A stretch of 64,000 nucleotides of DNA from Isurus oxyrinchus (taxonomy: Eukaryota). The notes beneath the pieces are model-generated. The model was not told the origin of the DNA, searched no databases, and saw only the letters and a program-made list of their open reading frames with translations. Location of the stretch: assembly GCA_026770705.1 (NCBI GenBank), contig JANJGN010000065.1:744001-808000 (forward strand), written 5' to 3'. Shown here piece by piece: positions 52,271-64,000 of this stretch. The position numbers were made by a program, and so were the translations under genes. The first letter of the stretch is position 1, and the number at the start of each line of letters is the position of its first letter.

Positions 52271-52699
52271 AGGCCTGAAAATCCGTATTTCTCATTAAAC
52301 CCTCCCCGCTTTCTTGTCCCCCCGGCAGACACGTAAATGAGGTTTCAGGAAACACAGGGTATGTGAATGACAATTCTTCTTCAAGTTGTTGCTCAATTAA
52401 TGGTTTGAAGATGGAATATATCTGAAGTTTGTCATCACAGAGCTGAAAATTCCAACAGGATTAACAAAAAAATTAAGAAAAAAGTGTTAAAAAGGAACAG
52501 CAGAGAATCTGAATTCTAACGTTGCCAATGGAGATGATTTTCGGTTAACAACATGCCAGTATCGGCTCCTGTTACTGGAATGGTTCCTACTTCTGTGCTG
52601 ATCTCTCCACTTGTGTAGAACACAACTGTTTTCGAGTCAGTGCAGTATCCATGAAGGAAGTGGTTAATTAATATGTCATACAGTATTTCAGTCTAATTT

Positions 52700-53200
52700 A
52701 AACCAAGATGGAAACTGCTCACCACAAGGAGCAATTTCCAACACACGTTCTTGCTCTTTGGGATAAGAGGTAGGTTGCTAAAATGAACATTTTGCTGAGA
52801 ATTGTTAATGAGGAATTTCGTTTTCTCCATTGATTACGTGCTCATATCTCAGACAAGCCACTGTCGAGGAGAAATGTGGCGAGGAGCAATGGATCCATTA
52901 GACTCTGGATTTATACTGATACATCCTGATATTGCGCAAACTTGAACATCAAATGTCAGAGAAAATATCGTGATAGAGTCTTGCGAAATGTACAACAGAA
53001 CAGGATTCCATCTCATCAGTTTTGTCCCTGTTGGCAGCAATGTGAAAAAGTGCAGAGTTAAAATTGGCCAGCAAATAAAATTCGATCCCTGTGGATGGAT
53101 GATGAATAATTGGAATTAAGATTTCTTTTATTTTCTTGCAACTAAATGTCAATTGTGAGCTCCAGAATGTGAGTGCGAGGCTTCTATGTCTAATTAGTAT
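52700..53200 (-). mobile_element. Possible L1/Tx1 endonuclease remnant
   Basis: Reverse strand HHPSTGIEFYLL, LYHDIFSDI and WRKRNSSL loosely match SRIDYFL / ISDH / WRLNSSLL in the correct order. Weak. Confidence 0.3.
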
Positions 53201-54109
53201 TAAATGTGTGGAAAACCTCCATTATAATCGTGTGGCACTTTTCTCTGAGATATAGCTTTCTTTTATGTTTTCATACAAAGATCCCACAATTTAGTAATTC
53301 TTGATGTGGGAAGATGCCTACTTGCCATTATTAGATATATTTTGCTTTAATACCACTGAATGTCAAAACTCCCGTTCAGAGTGGTGCTCTGAGAATGAAT
53401 ACTACAGCTTCACTTTGGCATATCACAGTAGAACCTATTTTCTTAAGGCAACGTTGGGGCCAACCCTTCTTTTGCACCATCATTTCAATGCCTGCCATGT
53501 GGGCATTGATGCTTCAAACAATGAGCCAGGGTATATCTTGAATATCCCAGTCTAGAACAGCAGAATCGTAGGTACCAACACTTGGACCTCTGAATTGCAC
53601 CCACATGCAAACATTTCTGAACATACTTTTGCATCGAATCATGTTGTCGCTATGACCACCAGTGATTATACAACCTATTTTGGTATGCTACCATGTAGGT
53701 TGTTGTCTCGGTGATCTGATCGTCCATGGATACTAAGAGAAGTAAGTGTGGAAATTGTAGAGGCAATGTCCATAATCAAAATTACCTCCTATGGTGCAGG
53801 GGCTGTGTGGGAGGCCTGGGGAACGGCAAATCTTACATCCTTCAAAAAAGTGTGCAATGCTACAGGTCATTCATTTTAATCTTGATTGTTGGAATGCCTC
53901 AGAAAGGATAATTTGGTTAACAGTTAACTGTCAATCGAACAAAAGTGATTTGCATATTCTAAAGCATTACAAATGTGTTATCAACAGATCGTGCTGAATG
54001 ATTTTGCTTGAGATGTTGATGACTACATTGAATGAATGGCACATCAAACAAGCAAAACGTCAACATGGTTTTGGCTTCAGCTATCTTTTGATTTGAATAT
54101 CAGACATAA

Positions 54110-55470
54110 TTCACAAATTCCCCGCCAAGAGATGGAGTGGGTGTGTCGGGGACGAGTTGTGTGCGGTAAAGGGGGAGCTTGAAAAGCCTGTTTGATTGCA
54201 TTCCAGGATGCCTTGCCCTGGGGACTCTGCCTGCCATAAATTTATGCTCGGATGTTGAGCACCTCCCCTCCCCAACTGAGGCCCATATGTGGACAATTAT
54301 TGACAACTTAAGGGTTGATTTCCATGTTGTTTCAATTTTGAGGCTTATTTCAGGAGCCAGGAAATTTCCCTCTTCAGCCCTCATGTGTGAAGGGGGAGCG
54401 GGCACGCGCAGCCACCAATCAACGTATGGCCTCCAGCTAGAAAGCTTCCATCATTAAGTGGTTTCATGCAGGCCCATCTATCAACCGACACCGAATCCCA
54501 ACACTGCTGCTCTCCTCAGGAATCACCTGACATCCCCACCCTGGAAATTCGAAAGCATACGTTTTCCATTTTTCTGAAATGTACATTTCCCCATTACGTG
54601 TTTGGAGTAAAGTGGCTAGGGAGAAATTCCATGGATGTGCATCATGCTGTGTTCCTGCAAGCCGTAGGCTCACTGGAATTTTGCACAGGGATGGCAGGAC
54701 TTTCAGCGGGCTGCCCAGAGATACCTTAATTAATGCCCATAAATGTCCATTATATGTGCACTTAATGGCCACACCCCAACCTGCTTCATTTTGTAAGGTA
54801 TCAGGAGGAGTTCCCAGCTGTAGTTAATTTCGAACATAATGGCCTTTACGCCTCAGGCGACAAGTGAGGGTTGTCTTCCACCAGAAGCCGCCTACTAACT
54901 TAGCTCCTCCCCCGTTCAGACCCGAAACTGCTGGCTTTCCCTTAGTCCCTCCTTCCGGTCTCTCCCCGTCAATTCAATGCCCTACTGTCCACTCAACCCT
55001 GGCCTCCAATAAACCCGCCTCCTTGCTACCCCTGTATATTACCTATTCCTGAACCCCAGGTATTACCAGCCCTGGTCACTGCAGCTGCTGGCACTGCAGG
55101 GACTAGGGAGCTGTCAGGCAATCAGATTTGTTAGCAGCTCATTAATGCAGGACATCCTCCCAAGTGAGTTGAAGAAGCCAAGCATGCAGCTAATTATTGT
55201 TTGTTGGAGCAATAATTCGCTGGCAAGCAGACAGTTGTCGCACAGGTATGTTCCCCGCTGACTCATCGGACGGGGGGTGAGGGATGGGGGAGAGGGAGAT
55301 AACCCATACCATCTTAAAAATGCTGGCATTAGCCGCTGGGAGCTGCTTGCAGACCCAATTCTGTACACTGCAGTTTTAGGCACTTCACGATCTAGAGATC
55401 TGCCGATCATTGAGATTTGCTGGCAGTCTTTAGGTCGGTCCTTCTCCCATCCGAGGGGCAGGTGTCCCAC
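54110..55470. mobile_element. Cluster of GC-rich MITE-like elements
   Basis: GC-rich segments sharing motifs with 13575-14140 and 15726-16410 (gccaattaa/cttaatggcc boxes, gcagctgctggcactgcag). No coding capacity. Confidence 0.4.
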
Positions 55471-55879
55471 CAGAAGCCAATTATATTTTGTTGGAGCGTT
55501 AAATTGCTGAAGTGAAGGAAGTATTGCAGAGATAGTGGCTCTTCCATTGGCTGAAGGGAAACCACGCCAATAATTCCTGACATTAGGGTCTTTTTAAAAC
55601 ATGGGTTGAAGAGGGTCGCATGGAGCCCAGCACCACATAATACATCTTCAACAGATTACTGAACAGGGATATTTGTTGTGTCGGGTTATCTGCAACAGGA
55701 AGGTAGAAAGTTCCATTGCCATCTTTTACAAAACAAGCTTCAGGTGGATTGTTGAAGCGAGAGGCAGCGAAGCCTGAGAGTCCCTTTCCAGCACAATAAA
55801 TGTTATTCAAGTGGTGTTTGGCTGGCGAGTTTCATGAATTCATTTTCACTGTCAACCAGGACTGTAGTTTAATCTGAAA

Positions 55880-56510
55880 CAGTATTAAATTGGTGTATTA
55901 CGTTTACAGTTAAGCTCGTTAAACTATATAATATTATTGCAGTGTATCACTGAGTGATATTTTTAAGTTGTTCATCCTAAGTAATTAAACAGAATACAAC
56001 GGAGATGCAATGCAAGTGATGGGTTATTGTTGTCACGCGCGGGAGCTGGTAGACAGCAGTGTCATCCACAGCAACTACATGTGCAGGAGATTCCAGCCGC
56101 TACAGAAAATATGGTTCAGGTTTCATGAGCTGGAATCCGAGTTTGTGAAACTTCGGTGTCTTAGGGAGTCACCTGTATGTATTGTTCTACGAGGAAAAAA
56201 AGTTACTTAGGTAAGGTAGTTCACAATTGTCCTGTGGACAAGGGCAGGAGAGTGTGTGACTGAGAATGAGGGAGACCTGGGGGACCTGGGGGTCAGAAAG
56301 GTAGCATTGGATGCTCCTAAACCCTTAGAATTATCATGTAGAATTGAGGTTCTTGCAATTTGTATCAATGAGAACTGAAATTACCTAACGGATGAGCCGT
56401 GATTCAAGAGAGAATCCAAGTGAGGGATATTGAAAGGAAATTTTATTGATCTGGCCATTGTACAGGTGGGTGGATAAATGCTACTTGTGCAACAGAGTCC
56501 ATGAGTCCCA
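55880..56510 (+). mobile_element. CR1 LINE 5' region / ORF1 N-terminus
   Basis: MQVMGYCCHARELVDSSVIHSNYMCRRFQPLQKIWFRFHELESEFVKLRCLRE matches the CR1 ORF1 zinc finger plus leucine zipper pattern. Confidence 0.65.
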
Positions 56511-57061
56511 AAAGAAAAAAAATGATCACAAACATAACGACCAGCGCATTACTGCCTCAGCATCTAGAAACTTGGCGTCGGGTAAATAACATGAGAGAGA
56601 GAAATGTTCAAAGATTCGCATTGGAGAACTAGTTTTTGATTCGTGTTGTCCTAGAACCACAATTCGAAAATAAACGCGGCACTGTTATGTCACGCTTTGC
56701 TTGAATCACGTTCGGTCCAGATGGACACAAATGAAAATAGAAAGCTATGACAGGGACGTCACTGCATAAACGTGAAGCCAAAGTTACGAAGCTGGAATTA
56801 GTTTTCCATGGGCATTTGCCATTTCATAATGATAGGAGCAAAATAACGTAAAATGTGATAGCTAATAGATTATGAGATCAATTATGGAGTAAGAAATAAT
56901 CTTGGCTCAGAAATTGTAGCTCGGGCATTATTTTGGAATAACAAGTTTCGGGAAAAAGTATGTCAATGTTCAAATTTGTTTCTCACCCCTCTAACACTAG
57001 CTACACTAGAGGACAGATGTTAGATCAAAATTATGATAGTAATATTAACAACTACAAGTAT

Positions 57062-57123
57062 TAATGATGATAATAATAACACTAATCATCATCATCATCA
57101 TTACCATCACCATCACCATTATC
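57062..57123. repeat. Imperfect trinucleotide microsatellite (ATG/ATA/CAT/CAC)
   Basis: aatgatgataataataacactaatcatcatcatcatcattaccatcaccatcaccattatc. Confidence 0.85.
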
Positions 57124-58069
57124 GTAAGAACTTATACAAATATATTCCAGTAGCTGTTTGAATATTCCAAAGCTGGGGGGAATTGACATGTCAATAGTCA
57201 ACTAGAGTGGGAGTTCCGAGAATGCATATACAATAATTACTGAGAACGATGCCTTCTGGACAAAAGCACAGATGTCAGAGGTAATGAGAAGGAACGGATC
57301 TCACGATTATGTATACTTCCGACAAGATTGACCATAAAATTATATAAATTCCCATTTGTTTTGAAGTGGAAAATAGAGGACCTACAAAGTCTTGAACTTA
57401 AAAAAAAATGTCACAACGGTATGAAGGGATAATTGTCAAGAGTGAAATCGGAATTTAAGTTAAGTTGGAAAGCGAGAATGACAACGTAGCAGTTATCAAA
57501 GAAGGTATTTCACACGTGCCTAAAACTATAATATAACATTATAAAAATAAACCACGGTGCATGGTGCCGACCTGAAATAAAAAAAAGAGGGGGTGCTGAA
57601 AAACCCAGCAGATCTGACAGAATTTGTAGCGACAGAAAAGTGCTATCGTGTGGAGATCTAACTGAGGCCTTTTCAGAAATGTGCAGTTGAACACTCATAT
57701 ATTTTATGCCGCAGAAAAATGGCGGAAGGTCACGTGGAGAAGAAAGGCAGGACAAGATTGGGTTTGTGAGGAGGAATTTTTTAAAAAAACACAAAGATGT
57801 CATGGGAAATCATGCAAACGGAGTGGTAATGATAGTATTAAACTAAGAAAGTATCGGACGAGAGCAGGTGTCATAGTGGTATATTGGCCAACACTCTCCG
57901 AAATCATAAACATGATAACCAGACACGACCGGGTCTTGGCAATAACATATGCCAGTTTTTGATAAGAAAGTATTGCATCCAGAATGCTGTAAAATTTCTA
58001 AGCTGAAGAGGAGTTTAAGTTCCACCAACTTCTTTTGTGCTTCACTGGAACGTTAGAGCATGCGAGGTC

Positions 58070-59090
58070 AGAAATAAAAACAAAAAACTGCGGATGCTGG
58101 AAATCCAAAACAAGAAACAGAATACCTTGAAAAACTCTGCAGGTCTGGCAGCATCGGCTAAGAAAAAAAGAGTTGACGTTTCAAGTCCTCGTGACCCTTC
58201 AGCAGAACTAAGTAAAAATAAGAGAGGGGTAAAATATAAGCTGGTTTAAGGTGGGGGAGTGGCGGGGACAGAAGCGGGGGCGGGGGGTGATTGGAAGGAC
58301 ATGCAAGCAGTATTAGGAGCAGATAATCAAAAGATGTCGCAGTCAAAAGAACAAAGAGAAGTGGTGATATTTTCCAAACGAATGTGCTAATAAAGAATGG
58401 ATGGCGGGACACCCTGTACATCTCGAGGGGAGGTGGGGTGGAAAGTCTCACAGGGCATCAAAGGTATAGATTTAATAATATTGGAAATAGGTGGGAAAAT
58501 AAAAATCTGTATAAATTATTGGAAAAAAAAACTAAAGGAAGGGGGAAGAATCGTAATGTGACTGGGCATGAAGGAGGGATTTCAAGATCTAAAGTTGGTG
58601 AATTCAATATTCAGTCCAGACGTCTGTGAAGTGCCTAGTCAGAAGATGAGGTGTTGTTCCTCCAGTTTGTGTTGCGCTTCACTGCAACAATGCAGCAAGC
58701 GAAGGAAAGAGATGTGGGCAAGAGAGCAGAGTGGAGTGTTAAAATGGCAAGTGGCAGGGAGCTTTGGATCTTTCTTGCAGACAGACCACAGGTGTTCTGC
58801 AAAGCGGTTGCCCAGTTTACGTTTGGTCTCTCCAATGTACAGGAGACCTCATTGGGAGTGACGAATGCAGTAGACTAAGTTAGGGGAAATGCAAGTGAAA
58901 TGCTGTTTCACTTGAAAGGAGTGTTTGGACCTTGGACTGTGAGGAGAGAGGAATTGAATGGGCAGGTGTTGCAGCTTTTGCGTGAGCATGGGGAGGTGCC
59001 CTAGGTTGGGGTTGAGTTGTAGGAGGAAAGAAACTTGTGTATGAGAGCAAGGTCATTAATTGAAAGGGAAAGAGACCGAATGTTCGCATT
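58070..59090 (-). mobile_element. Penelope-like element 3' fragment with GIY-YIG endonuclease
   Basis: Reverse strand NLVYCIRHSQ*GLLYIGETKRKLGNRFAEHLWSV...EAQHKLEEQHLIF*LGTSQTSGLNIEF plus terminal repeat. Confidence 0.85.
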
Positions 59091-59299
59091 CATGCATCTG
59101 GGCGTCTGGAATTTTCAGTTTCATCATTAATGGCATATGGGCATCACAAGCTAGCCATCATTTATTCACAATACCAATTTTGCCTTGAGAACTGAGTGGC
59201 TTGCTAATCTGTTTAAGAGAATAATCGAGAGCCAACCACATGGCTGTGGATCAGGAGTTTCATATAGGCCAGACAACGTAAGGACATAAATTACCCCCA

Positions 59300-59950
59300 A
59301 AACAGACAACCAGTCCGCCTTTGGTCTCACCTGTGTAGAAGCAACGGCATTATGAGCGGGGAGAAACGTATTGTTAAATGTTTAATTCTCTCAAATTAGT
59401 GCTTTGCAGCCTTGGGCAGTGAGTAAGGAGGAATTAAAGTGGCATTTATTGATCCTCCTACGATTTCATGGGGGGGGGATGGTGAGATTTTGAGGTTGAC
59501 AGAGAAGTTGATATGTGTATCCTGATTGAATGCTATATCTTCTGAATGCTGGCAGGAGGCAGGTAAAAAGATGTTTTGTGGTTGCATCATGCTAGAGTTG
59601 TTGGTAATGGAAGAGGATGATACTTTGAGTATGAAACTTGGTGGGATGCAATGCTAGGACAAGGGGGATTCTAAAATTGTTTCAAAAGCTAAGGGGAGAT
59701 GTGAAGGAGGTCAGAGGAGCAGGAACAAGATTAGGCAGAGTTGACTTCCCTGCCCATCACAGTCAGGAATGCATCCAGGGCTAAGAAAAAAGGAAGATTT
59801 TCAGATTTGCCGTTATGGTAGGTGGCAACATCAGATCAGATGCGATGGAGATGGAGAAACTGGGGGAACGAAATCGGGTCTTTAAAGCAGTCAAGGAGTG
59901 AGGAGGTGAAGTCGAATTAACTTTGGGGTCTGTTGGCTTTGTAATGATGT
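59300..59950 (-). mobile_element. Older Penelope-like fragment (RT thumb to GIY-YIG)
   Basis: Reverse strand YKANRPQS*FDFTSSLLDCFKDPISFPQFLHLHRI*SD (YKPTDSHSYLDYTSSHP..CKDSIPFSQFLRLRRICS block) and YTGETKGGL. Confidence 0.65.
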
Positions 59951-60299
59951 TGGGATTAAAGGGTTAATGTGATTAAGATGAGGTGTACTTTGAAATCTCT
60001 TTCTCTTGCTGTATATTGCCGTCAGAACTTCTTGGACAGCTCATCTTTCCTGGTTACCAATTTTTACTTGATGTTGTTGCACAAAGAGTGAGCTGATATT
60101 CTGAAGGCTGAACATGATGTAACTTGCCTTTTATCAACTGCAGCCAGTTGAGCGTTTTCTTTGTTGAACTTATTGTATCAAAAGCCTGATGTGACTGATC
60201 CTTTTTGAGTGATTTTTTTTCTGCTGAAGCTGTCCTTTGCAAGCGTGCAAATAATAATTTTCTACCTTTAACTTATTCCAGAATTTCGGAAAAAAGTAG

Positions 60300-61290
60300 A
60301 AATGCTGATGCATTTGGTCTTGCTCTCATAGTGCACTTCATAGGAATACGTACATATCAGGGGAAACCAGCATTTTATACTGTATGTGAAGACTTGGTAT
60401 GCAAAAGAGCTCAGCTTGATGCAGCCGTTGCCATGGAAATGCACCAGTGATGGTGAGTGATAGTTAACTGCCTAGCATTGTTTGAACTATAAAGTAGGGA
60501 GATTGAGCCTCATTCTTCAAAACTTTGCCTCGAGGAATGAGTCAGCAAATGGCTGTAACTCATTTTCTTTAGCTGAAACAGGCGCAATGTGTGCAAATGT
60601 TCCATCTATTTGTATAAAACAGTGCCCTATTTCTTGTATATGCAGCTTCCAGGACATTCAAATGAGCCACATTGTGGCACTGACTAAAAGTTTTTAAATG
60701 GTTGTCAGTGTAATTCTTCACGCACTGAGGATTTAGCAATTGTTGTCCAATCACGGAATCACATGTAATATTGGGCACTCCATTGTGGGTTTTGGAAGCA
60801 TGGGCTATTGGAGTAAGTTCTGTAGCTTGTCCATTGCAAACAATGGCTGTGATATTCTCTTTCACATGAGCCGCCTGCCTTTGAGGCATACACCCTACAT
60901 ACCCAGCATCACACTAGCATTGAAACCCATATGCCAGGTTATTTATTTGTGTGATAGGGAGAACTTCTTTTTGGCATCAAGGCAACATCCTTTTAGTAGC
61001 GACATCACTCGTGTTGCGGCTGCATAGTAGCATTTGTGGCTCAGAACTTTTCAATCCTTTTCATTTTAGGGTAATCTAGGGTAGACTGGCCACATTTCAG
61101 GATAGAAAGTGACAGTTTTAGCGTCATCCCGAATTTATGTAACACATCGCAAAATTATCTGATCAGGGTAGCCAAAGGCAGGGAGATTTGCATGCGACCT
61201 TGATCAGCAACAATCTTGCATGATGAGAAAATGGATCGGGTCAGATTTATGAGGTTGCTGAAAAGCCCCACGTCATAATCTGCGAAAATC
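60300..61290 (-). mobile_element. Penelope-like element of a second lineage (RT thumb, GIY-YIG, terminal repeat)
   Basis: Reverse strand GYPDQII, YGFQC*CDAGYVGCMPQR and CDSVIGQQLLNPQCVKNYTDNH...VAHLNVLEAAY. Confidence 0.7.
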
Positions 61291-62456
61291 TAAGAATCTC
61301 AATACATTTACTGACCCGTGAAGCTATTCCAGATTCTGAGTTCTTTTTCTGCTTATTGACAGCAGCAATCCATCCCCGGAAATGGAAGTCAAAGCTGTAC
61401 GACATTGATTGACAAGCGAAGCTGCGATAAGGGTTTAAATTGGAAGTAATGTTAAAGGAAGTAATAAAAAAAAACATTTCTGCACAAGAACAGGCATTGG
61501 CGCAGGTACATTCTTAGATGAACGAGAAAAGAAGCTAAAAGCTTTATGGGAGTTGAACAGGGTAGAATTGGAACAAAGAAGGTTTTATATTCCCCATTGA
61601 AAGTCAGGCATAACTAGGGGCCATGCAGTTACCCAAACCCATGCCTTTTACTTGGAAGAAGTGTGACACGTTTAATTAGAAACTTTCCAATGAGAGAACA
61701 AGTTCAGCCAGATGGAGGGGATTGCTGGTGGATGTAGACTGTTCTGGCCTCCGTTCAAGTAAGAAGTGGCACGCCCTCAGACCGTTCTGGTTAGCCTTCT
61801 TAACAGCATAAACCGTCAAATTTCCACCTCTGTACAGTTCTCAAAACGTTAACTTTGTTTCTCTGTCCGCACATGTTTGTAGACATGTTATGCTTTTCCA
61901 GCTCGTCCTGTTTATGTTATATTCAGTTGAAAAAGTTCAACATAAAGGCTTTGGTTTAATACACTATTCCACCATGAAGGAAGCCGAGGGTGTTTTATAC
62001 TTCATTAACCACCCTCTCAAAGTGTCTTGCCGTAATCTATGATAAATATAGATACACAGGCTCAATAGTCTGCTCGGGGACAGCTTTCAAATATGCACCA
62101 TTTATCGTCTCACTGAGTTTTTTGCGAGTAAAATTAAACATTTTAATTTGCCTGTATTTAATTACATTTGCAAAGTGTTTAGGGATTGTGTGGAATCATT
62201 GTAGAGTTGCTTTAAATTCGTCCGTGGGTATTAATAACAAACGAGAATTACCCCTCGGCCACAATGATGGATTTTTGCCCCACTTTACCGGTGCAACCGC
62301 CCCATTAATAATTCACTCACGCGGGGTTGCTGATGGCCGCCTCCCATATGCCCAGCATGGCTACCTTGATACTTTATTACTCCATGCACCATACTTAAAT
62401 TGCTGTTGTCCGCACAGTTCTGAATGTTTGCAGCTCAGGACGGCTTCACTGAAGAC

Positions 62457-64000
62457 ATGGCGACAAAAGCAAAGCAGAGTGCAACTGTGGATTCAATGAC
62501 GCATCCCTGAGACGCTTTTAGGACATCACCAGGCAAGCATGATGTCCTCTACGCTGTTCTGCCCATAGACTGCGCATCAGTTTCACCACCCCGGTTTGGG
62601 AGCACGTGGCAGCGGCAGTCGTCTCCAGCAGTGCACACAACAGGTCGGACATCCAGTGCAGAAAAATAATAAATTATCTCACCCCTGCCACAATGGTAAT
62701 TCAACCATCTCATCATGATATCATGGTGATATTTTCACTGGACTGTTATTCTAAACACCCAGTGGATTACTCTGGGACTCTGGGTTGGAATCTCAAAAAC
62801 GCAGATGCTGAAATTGGAATTCAATAAAAAATCTGGACCAAAACAGTTTGATGATGAGCATGAAAGCATTCTCGTTTGTCTTAAAAACTCATGTGATTCA
62901 CTAATTGCCTTTCGGGAAGGATAATTGCTTTCCTTATCTGGTTTGGCGTGCATTTTACTTCAGAGCCACAGCAATATGATTCACTCTTAAAAGCTCCATG
63001 ATCAAGGGTTAGGTCTTGCGCATGATTCCTACTTCTCAAGAACGAATAATTTAAAAATGTCCTAAAAAAATCCATCAGTCCTACTCTCAGCCAGCTCAAG
63101 GGACATCATCGCTCACCCACACACGCCCACAGATCACCATCTGTCTTCATCTCCTCCAGATATTTCCACACCCAAGCCCCCACCCCCCAAACCCATGTCG
63201 CCCATGGCTTCACTTAGCACACACACATGCCTGGCATCATTCCCATTTGGCATTGGCAAGTGGCTTGCTTGCAATCTCCCCATCGTTGTTTATTCAGAGC
63301 AAGATCACGGATAATCTACGGGCGGAGTACTAGACTTCTGGTGGATTCCCAGTCATCGAGCTATTCACTCTGTTCGAGATTTGCATGGTGGAGGTAGCCA
63401 GAATGGAAGGGAAGTGTCCCTGCAGCGAAATTCACATCACAGGCAAGAATCCACAGAAGGATATCGCACCAGATCATCCGGCTGTCAACGGTACACTGAG
63501 TCCACTGTTTCTCACGTAATGCGAGTGCCGGAACTAATTATCTTCAGTTACTGTCCTAGACGCATCCTCTAACGTCGCTGTCAAGCAAACTTAACGCCGA
63601 CCCAAGCACAGAAAGTACCTATGATGAGGACTCTGAGGGCAGCACCTTTGAAGATTCGTCACAGCGCCCTACCACTACTTCTAAAAGCGCAGTGACACAC
63701 ACCTCTCTGGGACATAGATGTCGAGCTCTAAATCTGGTGAGCACAGAACACAATCTATTCCACTAAAGGCAGAGACAGGGACATCCGATATCGCTGGCAC
63801 TCAATGATCTAGTGGAGGGAAGGACATTGTTGAATATAAATCAGTTGATGAGACTTTTGACTCAGTCATCAATGAGTTGTTGGAGCTTCAAAGTCAATCA
63901 CAGGAACATCATGAAGTGATTCCTGATGCAAAATGTGATATAAGACTTTGTCTGGCTTCAGCCTGAGGTGAAAGCACCGGCATGCCAACGCATCGGGGTA
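62457..64000 (+). mobile_element. PIF/Harbinger Myb/SANT-like gene remnant, spliced (exon 1 62457-62695, exon 2 from 63298); runs off the window
   Basis: MATKAKQS..FNDASL...HDVLY...TTPVWEHVAAAVVSSSAHNRSDIQCRKIINYL, GT donor at 62696, AG acceptor at 63296-63297, then SKITDNLRAEY*TSGGFPVIELFTLFE (K.AHN.RE...TGGG pattern). Frameshifts and stops present. Confidence 0.7.
62710..63085 (+). mobile_element. tRNA-derived SINE within the Myb/SANT intron
   Basis: B-box-like gggttggaatctc, then gaaattggaattcaataaaaaatctgg...ttcactaattgcctttcgggaagga...ccacagcaatatgattcactcttaa; same family as 40870-41210. Confidence 0.65.

Noticed and set aside
61990-62499. Longest ORF in the track (169 aa)
   Set aside because: GTG start, no recognisable domain, and it runs out of frame into the Harbinger remnant; chance ORF.
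1-64000. An intact novel multi-gene system (e.g. prokaryote-like defence locus or endogenous virus)
   Set aside because: No long intact ORFs, no operon structure and no env or viral hallmark genes; every coding signal found is disrupted by stops or frameshifts.

Overview
Eukaryotic, repeat-dominated genomic DNA. It is most likely from a cartilaginous fish (shark or ray); this is inferred from the repeat families and gene relics, not from a database search. I found no intact protein-coding gene, and almost all ORFs in the supplied track are fragments of decayed elements or chance ORFs. Host-gene relics: two GPR139/GPR142-like rhodopsin-class GPCR pseudogenes (coding exon 2 at 1938-2860; a two-exon copy at 31538-37658), a third ~100 bp C-terminal remnant (5600-5700), and orphan NLR-type LRR pseudo-exons in a tandemly duplicated unit (14.2-17.1 kb). 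RNA relics: decayed tRNA-Lys and tRNA-Thr copies; the tRNA-Thr heads a CR1 insertion nested inside another CR1. Mobile DNA: many CR1 and L2 fragments, tRNA-derived SINEs, Penelope-like elements with degenerate minimal hammerhead motifs, two tandem Gmr1-type Gypsy proviruses (integrase before RT, tRNA-Pro PBS), a hAT transposase broken up by later insertions, and PIF/Harbinger Myb/SANT remnants with MITE-like elements. The best leads are the GPR139-like receptor cluster next to NLR relics and the tRNA-CR1 chimeric insertion. All family assignments come from motif recognition by eye, and repeat boundaries are approximate (tens of bp).
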